From the NCBI GenBank assembly GCA_963772365.1, contig CAVYXA010000001.1:32001-96000 (forward strand): 64,000 nt of DNA, read 5' to 3'. Positions 12,408-24,917 of the stretch are shown here, one piece after another. The notes beneath the pieces are model-generated. The model did not search any database, had not been told where the DNA came from, and was given only the letters and a program-made list of their open reading frames with translations. This DNA comes from an uncultured Verrucomicrobiae bacterium. GTDB taxonomy: Bacteria > Verrucomicrobiota > Verrucomicrobiia > Chthoniobacterales > UBA10450. Position 1 is the stretch's first letter. Every line of letters begins with the position of its first letter. The position numbers and the translations under genes are program-made.

Positions 12408-13341
12408 TCAGCGGGTGAGGGCGGGACCGACTTCGTCGCCGAAGCGGGCCATCTGGTCGCACAGCTCGTCGATCGAGCGCGTGGCGAAGCGGAGCTGCAG
12501 GTGCGAGATGCCGAGCGCGCCGTACTCGTTCAGCTTGTCGGCGAGGTACGCCGGTGAACCGCTGCGGGTGTACGGCGGGAGATCCCAGTCCGCATCGCCG
12601 ACGTAGAGGTACTCGGTGATCATCCCGACCTCGACCGGCTCGCCCGGGCGCACCTTGTCGCGGTGCTCCTCGAGGTAGGCGATCGACTCGGGCATGAGCT
12701 TCTTCGGGGTGCCCTGCGGGATCCAGCCGTCTCCGCGCTCGGCGACGCGCCGCAGGGCCGGCTTGGACGAGCCGCCGATCCAGACGGGGGGCCGCGGCTG
12801 CTGCGCGGGCCGCGGCCGGAGGCCGACGTCACCGACGAACTCGTTGGTCCACGCGTCGAGGATCCCGTCGATCGCCTCGTTCGTGAGCCGGCCGCGGTCT
12901 GCGAAGGAGACACCGAGCGCGTCGAACTCCCCTTCGACGTGACCCGCGCCGACGCCGAGGATCACCCGCCCACCCGAGAGGTGATCGAGCGTGCCGAAGG
13001 CCTTCGCCGTCTCGAGCGGGTGGCGGTACGCGGCGACGTAGACGTTCGTCATGAGCCGCGTCTGCGTGGTCTGACCGGCGATCCACCCGAGTGTCGCGAC
13101 GGGGTTGAACCACGTCGTCGACATCGACTTCGGCCTTCTCGCGCGGGATCGCGACGTGGTCGCAGATCGCGACGTAGAAGAACCCGGCGCCGTCCGCAGT
13201 GACCGCGGCGCGCCGCAGGTCGTCGACGGTCGCGTCCTTCTCCCACGGCATCGACGTGTTGATGCTCAGCGCCTGGACCGGCAGCTGGATGCCGTAGACC
13301 AGCTTCCCGGCAGGGATGACCGAGACCGTGCTGACGCTCAT
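12408..13341 (-). CDS. LLM class (probably F420-dependent) oxidoreductase, one frameshift
   Basis: CDHVAIP, LDHLSGGRVILGVGAG, QQPRPPVWIGGSS, GDGW. Confidence 0.85.
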
Positions 13342-14474
13342 GCGGCTCCCACCTGCGCTTCTCGCTGCCGGGTCGTCGAGTGGACCGGATCCGGGTCGAA
13401 CGCGGGGATGACCTCGCGCCCGAACGTCTCGATGGACTCCTGCGCGACCTCGAGCGGCAACGTGTTGTTGAGGATGCCGAAGATCAGCTGGTCCGCGCCG
13501 GCATCGCGCCACCGCTCCACCGATCGGGCGACGTCCTCCGGCGTGCCGACGCTGCGCCGACCCTCGTCGACGGATGCGCGCAGCTCGTCGAGGCTCGGCT
13601 CGGCGACGCTGAAGCTCTCGCGGTCGATGTCGACCGGGAGCGGGATCGAGTCGAGCCACCGCACGACGAGCGACTGGTACTTCGCCGCGCCCATGTTCAG
13701 GAACTGGTCGCAGCGCGCGATCGCGGTCGTTGAGGCAGAGCAGCATGCTCACGCACGCGACGTTGTCGTTGACGTACGCGCCGACCGGCTCGGTGCAGCT
13801 GCTGACCGCGTTCTTGTAGGACTCGATGAGAGGCGCGAGGTCCTCGGGGTCGCCCATCGTGAAGCACAGCGCGCCCATGCCCGAGCCGCCCGGCCTTCTC
13901 GAAGGTCGACGGGCTCCCGCACGCGAGCCACAGCGGGGGGTGCGGCACGGTCCACGGACGCGGCAGCACCGGTTCTCGACGGCATCGAGAAGCCGCGACC
14001 GTCGTGCTCGTACGGCGCTTCGCGCAGGATCCGGACGACCTCCGGGAGCGCCTCGTCGAAGAGGTCGCGGGTCGTCTCCGGGTCCGGGATGCCGAAGCCC
14101 TGGTACTCGGTGCTGGACGATCCGCGCCCGGTGCCGAACTCGAAGCGACCGTTGCTCAGGTGGTCGAGCATCGAGACGCGCTCGGCCACGCGCGCCGGGT
14201 GGTTCACCGGCGGCGTCAGGTTGAAGATGCCCGACCCGAGGTGCACGCGCTCGGTCTGGCCGGCGACGTAGCCCATGAGCACCTCGCTCGCGGAGACGTG
14301 CGAGTACTCCTGCAGGAAGTGGTGCTCGGTGAACCAGGAGTACTTGAAGTCGTTCCGGTCACCGGTGACCGCGACGGCGGCCTCGTCCAGCAGCCGCCGG
14401 TGCTCGAGGCGGCGTTGCTGGTCGGCCGTCGGCTGGTCGGGCACGTGACCCGAGTGGAAGATCCCGAATTCCAT
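13338..14474 (-). CDS. LLM class flavin-dependent oxidoreductase (frameshifted)
   Basis: WFTEHHF, HPARVAERVSMLDHLSNGRFEFGTGRG, PHPPLW. Confidence 0.85.
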
Positions 14475-14489
14475 GACGGTGCGCGCCGC

Positions 14490-15973
14490 TCAGCCCGGCC
14501 AGACGACGGACTGCAGCTCGGTGTACGCGTGCAGCCCGAACGAGCCGCCGTCGCGACCGATGCCGCTGTGCTTCGTGCCACCGAACGGCGTCTCCTGGTT
14601 GCGCTGCACGGTGTTGATCCCCACGTTGCCGGCCCGCAGCCGCCGCGACACCCGCATCGCGCGGCCGGTGTCCTTGCTGAACACGTAGTCGTAGAGGCCG
14701 AACTCGGTGTCGTTGGCGATCGCGATCGCCTCCTCCTCCTCGTCGAAGGGAACCACGACGATCACCGGACCGAAGATCTCCTCCTTGACGACCTTCATGT
14801 CGGTCCGGCAGTTCGCGATCAGCGTCGGCTCGAGGTACCAGCCCTTCTCCAGGTGCGACGGGACGGTTGCCGCCGGCGACGACCTCGCCGCCCTGCTCCC
14901 GGCCCGACGCGACGTAGCCCTCGACCCGGTGCAGGTGCGCCTCGGTGATGAGCGGACCCATCACCGTGTCCTGCTCGAGCGGGTCCCCGACCTTGAGCAT
15001 CCCGGCCATCTTGGCCAGACCCCCGACGACCTGGTCGTAGACCGAGCGGTGCACGATGGCCCGGGTCGGGGCGGTGCAGATCTGCCCCGAGTGGAACGTC
15101 CACACGGAACCGATCATCCCGATCGTGGACTTCAGGTCCGCGTCGTCGAACACGATCGCGCCACCCTTGCCGCCGAGCTCGAGCAGCTGCCGCTTGAGGC
15201 CGCGGCCCGCGGTCTCACCGATCTGCATGCCGACGTTGGTCGAGCCCGTGAAGCTCACCATGTCGATGTCCGGCGACTCGACGAGGGCCTGACCCGAGAC
15301 CGGGGTCGAACCGGTGACGATGTTCACGACGCCGGGCGGGAAGCCGACGTCCTCGAGCAGCTTGACGATCTCGATGACGGCGAGCGGGTCCTGGCCCGCG
15401 GGGCGCACGACGACGGTGTTGCCCATCGCGAGCGCGGGGCCGAGCTTGCCGACCATGTTGACGATCGGGAAGTTGTACGACGTGATGCACGCGACCGCTC
15501 CGACGGGCGCCCGCCGGGCGAGCGCACCCATGAGACCGCCGGGCGCGAGCGGTGTTCCCTGCACCTCCTGGGGCGCGAGCGGGATGACGCGCGGACTCCA
15601 TCGCGCCCGCGGCGTAGCGCTCGAAGCGCGCGGCGGCGGTCGGGACCTGCATGGACTTCGCGACCATCGTCGTCGCGCCGGTCTCCTCGATCACGAGCGG
15701 TACGAAGTCCGGGACGCGCTTCTTCAGCTCGTCGGCCGCGGCCTGCAGGAGCGCGCGCGCGCTCGGCGGGCTTCGTCTGCGACCACGACGGGGAACGCTT
15801 CCTGGGCCGCCGCGGCTGCAGCGCGCGGCCTGGTCGGCCGACGCCTCGGGCGCGTCGGCGACGACTGCTTCGGTCGCCGGGTTCACGATCGGATAGGCGC
15901 CGTCGCCACCCGGCACCCACTCGCCGCCGATCAGCAGCTGGTAGGTGTCGTCACCGGACAGGGTCGTTCTCAA
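14490..15973 (-). CDS. Aldehyde dehydrogenase (frameshifted)
   Basis: SFTGST, LELGGKG, SGQICTA catalytic Cys, EEIFGPV, PFGGTKHSGIGRDGG. Confidence 0.9.
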
Positions 15974-16108
15974 GGTCGCTCCCCCTCGGGGCCACTGGAC
16001 GGCTGCATCGGGCCCGCCCGCCAAGACTAGAACAGGTTCTCTTTTGGGATCCACCGACGGAGGGCGGCGCCAGGAGCGACCGTCGACCTGTGGCTGGCCC
16101 AGAATGGC

Positions 16109-16995
16109 GTGATGGAGCTCGGACGCGTCGGGATCTGGACCGGCAGCCTCGACGCCCAGCCGATCGGGCGCGTGCCCGAGATCGCGGCCGAGCTCGAGGA
16201 GCTCGGGTACGACGCGCTGTGGCTCCCGGAGATGGCGGGGCGCGACCCCTTCGTGAACGCCGCGCTCATCCTCGCCCGCACCGAGCGGATCATCGTCGCG
16301 ACGGGCATCGCCACGATCTACGGCCGCGACCCGGTCGCCATGGCATCGGTCTGGAAGACGCTCACCGACGCGTTCCCGGACCGCTTCCTGCTCGGGCTCG
16401 GCGTGAGCCACCAGGTCGCGGTCGAGGGCATCCGGAAGCACGAGTACGGCCCGCCGCTCACCGCCATGCGCGAGTACCTCGACGGGATGGACGCGGCGCC
16501 CTACTTCGCCACACCACCCGCGGCCGAACCCGTCCGCGCGCTGGCCGCCCTCGGCCCGAAGATGCTCGCGCTCGCGGCGGACCGCGCGGTCGGTGCACAT
16601 CCGTACTTCGTCCCGGTCGCGCACACCGCGATCGCCCGAGAGGTGATGGGACCGGATGCCTGGCTGATGCCCGAGCAGATGGCCGTGCTCGAGACCGACG
16701 CGACCAGCGCGCGCGAGACTCGCCCGGCTCGCGATGGCGATCTACCTCACCCTGCCGAACTACGTGAACAACCTTCGCCGCCTCGGCTGGACCGACGAAG
16801 ACCTCACGGATGGTGGCAGCGACCGTCTGGTCGACGCGATCGTGGTGTGGGGCGACGAAGCCGCGGTGCGCGCCCGGGTCGACGAGCACTACGCCGCCGG
16901 AGCCGACCATGTCTGCGTGCAGGTGCTCACCGGAAGCTCGCGCCGAGCTGCCGATGGCCGCGTGGCGTCGATTGGCCCCGGCATTGTTCGGGTAG
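16109..16995 (+). CDS. F420-dependent LLM class oxidoreductase (frameshifted)
   Basis: RFLLGLGVSH, LAALGPKML, GAHPYFVP, GADHVCVQ. Confidence 0.85.
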
Positions 16996-17016
16996 CCCGT
17001 CGCGACGGCACTAGCC

Positions 17017-18289
17017 GTGGATCTCCACGACCGGGAGAGACTGATGAGCAAGGACCGCTGGGCCGAGATCCTCGGGTACCTCGCGGATGCCGCCGACGAC
17101 GTCGGGCTCGACCCGGACATCCACCGGCGCCTCGAGAGCCCGAGTCGCGTGCTCGAGGTGTCCGTGCCGGTCCGGATGGACGACGGGTCGCTCGAGGTCT
17201 TCACCGGTTGGCGCGTGCACCACGACACGACCCGCGGGCCGGGCAAGGGCGGGATCCGCTTCCACCCCAAGGTCGACGCGCGCGAGGTGACGGCACTGGC
17301 GGCGGAGATGACGTTCAAGACCGCGGTCATGAACCTTCCGTTCGGTGGCGCGAAGGGCGGCGTCCGGTGTGATCCCACGACGATGTCGCTCGGGGAGCTC
17401 GAACGGCTCACCCGCCGGTACACGTGGGAGATCATGCCCCTGCTCGGGCCGGACAAGGACGTCCCCGCCCCCGACGTGAACACCGACGGGCGGGTCATGG
17501 CCTGGCTGATGGACACGATCTCGATGGCGCACGGCGAGGCGATCACCGCGTCGGTGACGGGCAAGCCGCTCGCGATCGGCGGCACCGCCCAGCACGCCGG
17601 TGGGACGGCGGCCGGCGTCGTGATGTGCGCGCGCGATGTCTTCGAAGAGCTGGGCCTCCCGCTCGTCGGCCGGCGCGCGGTCATCCAGGGGTTCGGCAAG
17701 GTCGGTGGTCCGCTCGCGTTCCTGCTGCACTCGGCGGGCATGCGGATCGTGGCCGTCAGCGACGTGCACGGCGCGGTCTCGAACCAGGGTGGGCTCGACA
17801 TCGCGGAGCTGTCGGACTTCGCGACCGAGCACGGGACGGTCGCGGGCTATCCCGGCGGCGAGCCGCTCGACGCGGCCGACATCTTCGCGATCGAGTGCGA
17901 GCTGGCGGTCCCCGCCGCGCTCGAGGGCGCGATCGACGCGGCGGTCGCACGGCGCTGCAGCATGCAGGTGATCGTCGAGGCCGCCAACGGCCCGATCACC
18001 TCCGAGGCCGATGCGATCCTGCACGAGCGCGGGGTCGTCGTCGTCCCCGACATCCTCGCCGAACGCGGGCGGTGTCACCTCGTCGTACTTCGAGTGGGCG
18101 CAGAACCGGCAGGGCATCGCCTGGCTCGACGGCGTTGCCGCGGAGCGCCTGCACCACTCGATGCATGACGCGTTCGCCCGGGTCTGGGCGTTCTCCCAGA
18201 CCCACAAGCTCTCCTTGCGCCGGGCTGCGTACGCCATCGCCGTCGAACGGGTCGGCGAGGCAATGGCCGTCCGCGGCCTCTTTCCCTGA
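17017..18289 (+). CDS. Glu/Leu/Phe/Val dehydrogenase (frameshift near 18060)
   Basis: GPGKGGIRFHP, PFGGAKGG, DVPAPDVNT, QGFGKVG, EAANGP, NAGGVTSSYFEW. Confidence 0.9.
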
Positions 18290-18293
18290 TCGC

Positions 18294-20200
18294 CTACGGC
18301 GCGCGCGGCCTGGATCCGTCGCCGCCGTGCGGGCTTCGCGATCGATCTCGGCACGGAGCGCGTCGGCGTCATAGGAACCGTGATGGCGGCGGCCGTTGAT
18401 GAAGAACGTCGGGGTGCCCGCCGCGCCGCTCATCTCCGCGCTCTCGACGTCACGCGTCGACCCGCAGCGCGTACTCGGCGCGGCATCGAGCTCGCCGTTC
18501 GAAGCGGTCGGGATCGAGCCCGATCTCGTTCGGCGTAGTCGACGCAGGTCGGCGTGACCCAGCGCGTCGCTGCCGGCGAACAGCCGGTCGTGCATCTCCC
18601 AGAACTTCCCGGCGCTCCCGCGACTTCGGCGGCCTCGGCCGCGATCTCCGCGTGCTCGTGGACATCGTCGAGCGGCAGGTGGCGGAACACGTAGCGCAGG
18701 TCGGCGCCGTAGGCCGCGCACGAGCTCGCGCACGATCGGGCTCGGCCTGCCCGCAGTACGGGCACTCGAAGTCGGCGTACTCGACCAGCGTGACCGGCGC
18801 GTCTTCGCCGCCGCGCACGTGGTCACGCTCCGGATCGACCGGGTCGGAGAGGTCGACGATCAGACGGCGCGAGGCCCCTGCGCCAGCGAGCCTGCTCCGG
18901 CAGGCGCGGGATGATCACCTTGAAGACCAGGACCAGCTCAGCAGCGGTCGCGACGATCGACGCGCCGAGGATCCCGAGCTTCGCTTCCTCGAGCCGCTGG
19001 CCGGTCGAAGGACGAGGTCCGCGATGAGCAACGCGACCGTGAAGCCGATCCCCGCGACGGTCGCCGCACCGACGAGCGGCGGCCAGGCCACCGTCAAGGG
19101 GAAGCCGACCGAGCCAGCGGCGGCTCCCGAGCCACGTCGCGGCCGTGATCCCGACGAGCTTCCCGACGACGAGCCCGACGATGATCCCGATCGTGATCGG
19201 CGACGACGCGGCCGCGCTCGAGCACCTCGCGATCGAGGGCGATGCCCGCGTTCGCCAGCGCGAAGACGCGGCACGATGACGTAGGCTCGTCCACGGGTCG
19301 ATGAGGTGCTGGAGCCGCTCGTTCGGTGAGACCGCCTGGCGCAGCACGGCGCCGGTCGATCGCGCGGACTGCCGGCGTCGGCTGCTCGCGGAAGCTGCCG
19401 CCAGAGACGTTGACCCGCTCCAGGTCGGCTCGCGCCGGCGGGTGGGCGGTGGCGAGGAGCCCGAGCGCGACGCCGGCGATCGTCGGGTGCACTCCCGACT
19501 CGACCATCGCGACCCAGATGCCGAGGGCGATGGTGAAGTACGCCGACGCCGTTGTGGATGCCGGCCCGACGCATCGCGATGACGACGGCGAAGAGTGCGA
19601 GGGCGACCGCGAGCGAGGCGAACGAGACCTCGTCGGTGTACGCGAGGGCGATGACCAGCAGCGCCACGATGTCGTCGACGATCACCAGCGTCAGCAGGAA
19701 CACGCGGATGCCGGGGCGGGCAGTCGGCGACCGACGAGCGCGAGGACGCCGAGCGCGAACGCGGTGTCCGTGCCCATCACGATGCCCCAGCCCTTCGCGC
19801 CGGGGTCACCGGCGTTAAAGGCGAGGTAGATCAACGCCGGCACGACCATGCCGCCGATCGCCGCGACGACGGGCGTCGCGAGCCGCCGCCGCTCCCGCAG
19901 CTCGCCCATGTCGAACTCACGGCGGATCTCGAGTCCGACGACGAAGAAGAAGAACGTCATCAGGCCGTCGTTGACCCAGTGCAGGAGGTCGAGCGACAGC
20001 TCGTGGTCGCCGAGCGGTGACCGACAGCTGCGTGTGCCAGAGCTCTTCGTAGCTCGCGCTCCACGCCGAGTTCGCCCACACGAGCGCGGCGACGGTCGCG
20101 CGCGAGCAGGACGATCGCGCTCGCGTTCGGGAGTCGCGACGAACGTCCGGAACGGTGCCGCCGCCCGGGCGCGGAGCGTCTGCGTGGCGACGTCGCTCAC
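18294..20200 (-). CDS. nhaA: Na+/H+ antiporter NhaA fused to C-terminal DsbA/thioredoxin domain (frameshifted)
   Basis: [46 protein letters not shown], then [10 protein letters not shown] and GTPTFFING. Confidence 0.85.
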
Positions 20201-20229
20201 GGGGTCGAGGCTACCGGCGCCGCCGTTCG

Positions 20230-20855
20230 TCAGGCCCAGGCGGCGAGCACGGCTTCGGTCGTCGTCAGGGTGGCGACGAGCGCCAGCGTGTTCGCGACCA
20301 CTGCTTCGGCGTACTCGGCCGGAACGCCGGCCACCGCGTCCGTCGGCATCACGAATTGGTAACCGCGGTTCACCGCGTCGAACGCGAAGTTGGTCATGCC
20401 GATGTTCAGTGAGACGCCGACGCCCACGATCGTCGTGACGTCCAGGTTGCGCAGCATGGAGTCGAGCTGCGTCCCGGTCATCGGGTCCGAGTCCGTGGTG
20501 GCGCGGCAGCACGACATCCCCCGGATCGACCCCGATCGGCTCCGGCACCTGCACCGCCTCGCTCCCCGGCGAGAGCGGGACCGGCGACTTGCGCACCCCG
20601 AGGAACAGCCGGGCGTTCCGGTTGGCGCCCTTCAGGTCGTCGCGGGTCTCCGCGGTGCAGTGGAACACCGGCACACCGATCGACCGTGCCGCCGCCGCCA
20701 ACGCGGCGCAATGCGGGATCAGGCCGACGGCCGCCGCCGCGTCCGCGAGTGCGCGGGCAGCGCGGAGGGCTTCCCCACGACCCCGTTCTGCACCTCCTGG
20801 AGCACGAGCGCGGTGTGATCGGGGGCGACGAGCGCGCGGAGATCGAGTCGGCATC
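20230..20855 (-). CDS. Isochorismatase / cysteine hydrolase family protein (frameshifted)
   Basis: [40 protein letters not shown]. Confidence 0.75.
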
Positions 20856-20858
20856 GGC

Positions 20859-22549
20859 TCAGGCCTCGTCCTCGACGAACTGCGAGCGGCTCGCCATCGA
20901 GCAGCACCTGCTTCACGACCTTGCCCGATGCGTTGCGCGGCAGCGGCTCGGACCGGATGTCCCAGTGGGCCGGGACCTTGAAGTACGCGAGGGACTCGGA
21001 GCACCAGGCGGCCAGCTCCTCGGATCGGTGAGCGTCGCGCCGGACGCCGGCACGACGACGGCGCGCACCTCCTGGCCGAGCTCCTCGTGATCGACCGGAA
21101 CGACCGCCACCTCGGCGACGCCGGGGTGCTCCTCGAGCCGGTTCTCGATCTCGACCGGATAGATGTTCTCGCCGCCGCGGATGATCAGGTCGCGCCTCCG
21201 GGACGCGAGGTACAGCCGGCCGCCCTCGATCCGGCCGATGTCGCCGGTGCGCAGCCAGTGGCCCGGGCCGATCACCTCGGCGGTCGCCTCGGGGCGGCGC
21301 CAGTAGCCGGGCATGACCATCGGGCCGCGCAGGTGGATCTCGCCCTCCTCGCCTTCGGGCAACGGCGTGCCGAGCGGGTCGCGGATCTCGAGCTGGACCG
21401 TGGGCAGCGGACGGCCCGCCGACTCGGGGAACCGGTTGAGCTCGTCGCCGCTGTTCAGCGGTCGCGAGTGCGGCGCACTCGGTCTGGCCGTAGCCGACTC
21501 CCATCGACTGCCCGAGGTTCGGGAGCGCCTGCTTCGCCCGCCTTTGCAGCGCGGGCGAGAACGTCGAGCCGCCGCCTCCGCCGCTGCGCAGCGACGTGAG
21601 GTCGAACCGGTCGATCGCGGGATGGGTGACGACGCGGTGCAGCATCGTCGCGGTGTACGACCAGTGCGTGATCCGCTCGTCCTGGATGAGCTGCATCACC
21701 GTCGACCGGATCGAAGCGTCCCGACGGTCCAGATCGAACGCACGCCGCCGACGAGGTAGGCGACCGCGGTCATGTGCAGCCCGGACACGTGGAACAGCGG
21801 GGACGTGACGAGCTGGCACGCCGGCGATCGCGTCCGGGTCCGCGGGGTTGAGGATCGCCATGCCGCGCGCCGTGGAAGAACGAGAGGCCGAGCGCGGCGA
21901 TGACGTTGCGGTGCGTGTTGATCGCGCCCTTCGGGCGGCCGGTCGTGCCGCTCGTGTAGAGGATGACCGCGGGGTCGTCCTCCGCGATCGGCTCGTCGGG
22001 CAGCGACGCGTCGAGGTCGTGGTTCCACAGCGCATCGAAGTCGTCTTCGATCACGATCGTCGGGACGCCCGGGTCCGCGCCCTCGAGGCGGGCCAGGCGC
22101 TTCCGGTCCGCGACCAGCACCTTGGGATCCGAGTCCTCGATCCCGTAGCGGATCTCGGCGTCCGACCCACCAGCCGTTGAGCCCGACCGCGATCGCGCCG
22201 AGGCTGATCGTCGCCCAGAACGTGACGATCCACTCGGGGCAGTTCGCGGCGAGGATCGCGACCCGGTCGCCGGGACCGACGCCGTAGCGGTCCCGCAGAC
22301 GCCGCCGCGACGGACGCGACCGCCCGCTCGTGCTCCGCGAAGGTGATGACCCGGCGGTGCTCGCCGTCCGTGAAGATGAGGTACTCCCGGTCCCCGAAGC
22401 CGGTCGACGCGACGACGGCCTCACGGAGGTTGGGCAGCCGGCCCTTGAACACCGACATGCGCTCGCCGAGCACGTCGTCGTCGCACGACCTCGAAGAAGC
22501 CGCCGGGAGCCACGAGCTCGGCCTCGATGTTCGCCAGTGCCTCGGGCAC
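20859..22549 (-). CDS. Long-chain acyl-CoA ligase-like adenylate-forming enzyme (frameshifted)
   Basis: [47 protein letters not shown]. Confidence 0.85.
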
Positions 22550-22856
22550 GCCCGTCGCCGGTTTCACCGGCGGGCGAGGCTACCGGTCGGGCGCCGCGTG
22601 CCTCCGAGAGTGGCCTCGTGGTCACGAGCTGTCGTCATGACGAATGGCACGCGTGCGAATGCGTCGGTGCATTCCGGTGTTTTCCCGAGAAAGTCGGCTT
22701 CGCGCTAGGAGACCGCGGGCCGGACGGGCCAGAATGGTGGAGCCCCCGGGAGCAGGGCCGCGGGCCTCCCTGCCCGGTCCGCCGGCTCGCCCCGGGGGCA
22801 TCTTCGCTCCCGACGCTCGTCGGCCCGCGTGCACGCCACCGCCCCAAGGGAGAGTC

Positions 22857-23800
22857 GGTGCGCCGACTTCGGCTCGCCGCGAGTGAACTTCTCGGCCCCT
22901 CCCGCCGATGCAGGGGTGTGACCGGCCGCATCTCCCCGAGCGCCGTGCTCACCACGGGCCTCTGCCTGGCCAGCGCCGCGTTCGTGCTCTGGGCGGTGCA
23001 GGTCGACCGCGTTGCAGCCGGGCCCGCTGCACGACGAGGCGCAGCGAGGTGCTGTCGGAGGCGCCCGTCGCAGCAGCGCGATGACGGACGCGCCTCGCGA
23101 AGGCGCTCGTCACCGTGCCCCCGGCGGCGTCGACCCCGGCGCGCTCAACGCGGCTCGGTCGACCGCGGTCGATGCGAGCAGCCGGAGTTCGTCGCCGCGT
23201 TCGCCGATGCGCTCGATCGGATCCAGGCCCACGTCGTCGACGGCACCCAGGGCCGATCACGCTCGACCCGGCACTGCGTGACCCAGGCAGTGCAGGCAGC
23301 CGCAGCGGTGACCCCTGCTCGCACGCCCGGCTCGCGGCCATGCCACCGCTCGCCTGCAGATACCGGACGACGAGGTCCCGGACCTCGCGCAGTGGGCCGA
23401 CCTCTGGACAGGTCGGTGCTGCGCGGCCTCGCGTTCTTCGGCACTCCTGCTCGCTGACCTACAGCGATGCTCCGCATCGAGCATCGGGTCTGGGCGCTCG
23501 GGCGCATCGGCCGATGGGCGATCGTCGTCGGCATCGGGATGCTCGCCCTGTTCTGGCTTGCTGCCGCGCGCGCTCTGGTGCGGCCGCTCGGCGGTTGGAT
23601 CGCGTCGGCGGTGCGTGTCGTCGCAGTCGGGCGAGTGCTCGTCCCGATCTCGCTCGTGCTGGTCGCCGCCGGCGCGCTCGCGGTCATCGGCGCGCACCGC
23701 TGGGACGCCCGGAACGACCGCCGCCTGCTCTCCGTGATCCCGGCGCGTCCGCCCGTCGCACCCGAACCCGGCCGCGGGACCCTGGGAGAGCCCGGTCTGA
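22857..23800 (+). CDS. Hypothetical membrane protein (frameshifted; limits approximate)
   Basis: Hydrophobic segments in successive frames, divergent from ligase. Confidence 0.35.
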
Positions 23801-24885
23801 GTCCCGCGCGCCGCCCTACGCGACAGGCCCTCGGTCGCCGCCTCGGCCACCTCGGTGAAGCGGTCCCAGACCATCGCCGCCCACTGCGGGTCGTCGGGTG
23901 CGAACGCGGCGCGGAGCGCGGCCTTGATCGGACCTGCTTCCGGCCCGCGTGGGTCGGCGTGCGCGTGCAGCCACGCGTCGGCCCGCAGCGCGTTCGAGAC
24001 CTCGACGATGTCGACGGTCCCCCACTCGATCGCGACGCCCGTGATCTCGGGGCTCGTCGACCCACACGTCGAGCGCGTCGAGCACGTCGCCGCTCACGTC
24101 GGCCGACACCGACGTCCCCTCGCTCGGGCACCGTGTAGTCGCCGTACCAGTCGTCGAGCCGGTCCGTCCCGCCGCGTCCGGGTGGCTGGCGATGAGCTCG
24201 CCGACGCCGAACGGGCCGAGCCCGGTGTGCAGATCGAGGATCGCGGTGCGCTCCGCACCGGCGAGCGTGCTGCGCGGCGATCGACTCGAGCGTGCGCTGC
24301 GACCACACCGGGCGCGCCCCGCCGTAGAAGATCCCGGTCGGGTGCCGGTACTGGCCCGTGCGACACCGCGTCCTGCAGCCCGTCGAAGCCGTGCTCGGCC
24401 GGCGAACTCGAGCAGCTCGGTCGCGGTCGCCTGCTGGGTTGCCTCGTCCCAGGTCCGGCGGCACGAGCGCGTCGGCCAGCTGTGTCGTAGCCCGGGTTCT
24501 CCGGAATGGCCGCGCCGAAGTCGATGCAGTTGCGGTTGAGATCGACGTTGTCCTCGTTCACGCGCCGGATCCACGCGAACCCGTACGGGTTGATCGCGTG
24601 GATGAGCACGACCGCGAGGTCGTCGGGGACCGACGCACCCTCGGTCGAGCCACGTCGGTCTGGCACAACGAGCCGGCAAAGCCCTCGACGCCGTGCGTTC
24701 CCGAGATGACGAGCAGCCGGGTCGGCAGCGTCCGGGCGGCCGATCGACCGCGACGTCGGTCGCGAGCGACTCACCGCCGGGACCGGTCAGCGGATGGTCG
24801 TGGCTGCGTGAGCTGCGCGCGCCCGCGGCACGCGCCGCGTCGAGGAACCGGCCGCGCGCCTCGGTGTAGTCCTCGCGAGCGCATC
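23796..24885 (-). CDS. DUF2817 / M14-like metallopeptidase (frameshifted)
   Basis: ISGTHGVEG, HAINPYGFAWIRRVNEDNVDLNRN, DLHTGLG. Confidence 0.8.
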
Positions 24886-24917
24886 CGGTCTGCCGGTGGT
24901 CGACTGGTCGCCGTCGG

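Noticed and set aside
9631..12606. 991-aa plus-strand ORF (and similar long ORFs at 14707-16767 and 17011-18372)
   Set aside because: Antisense shadows of real genes in high-GC DNA; Arg/Gly-rich with no motifs
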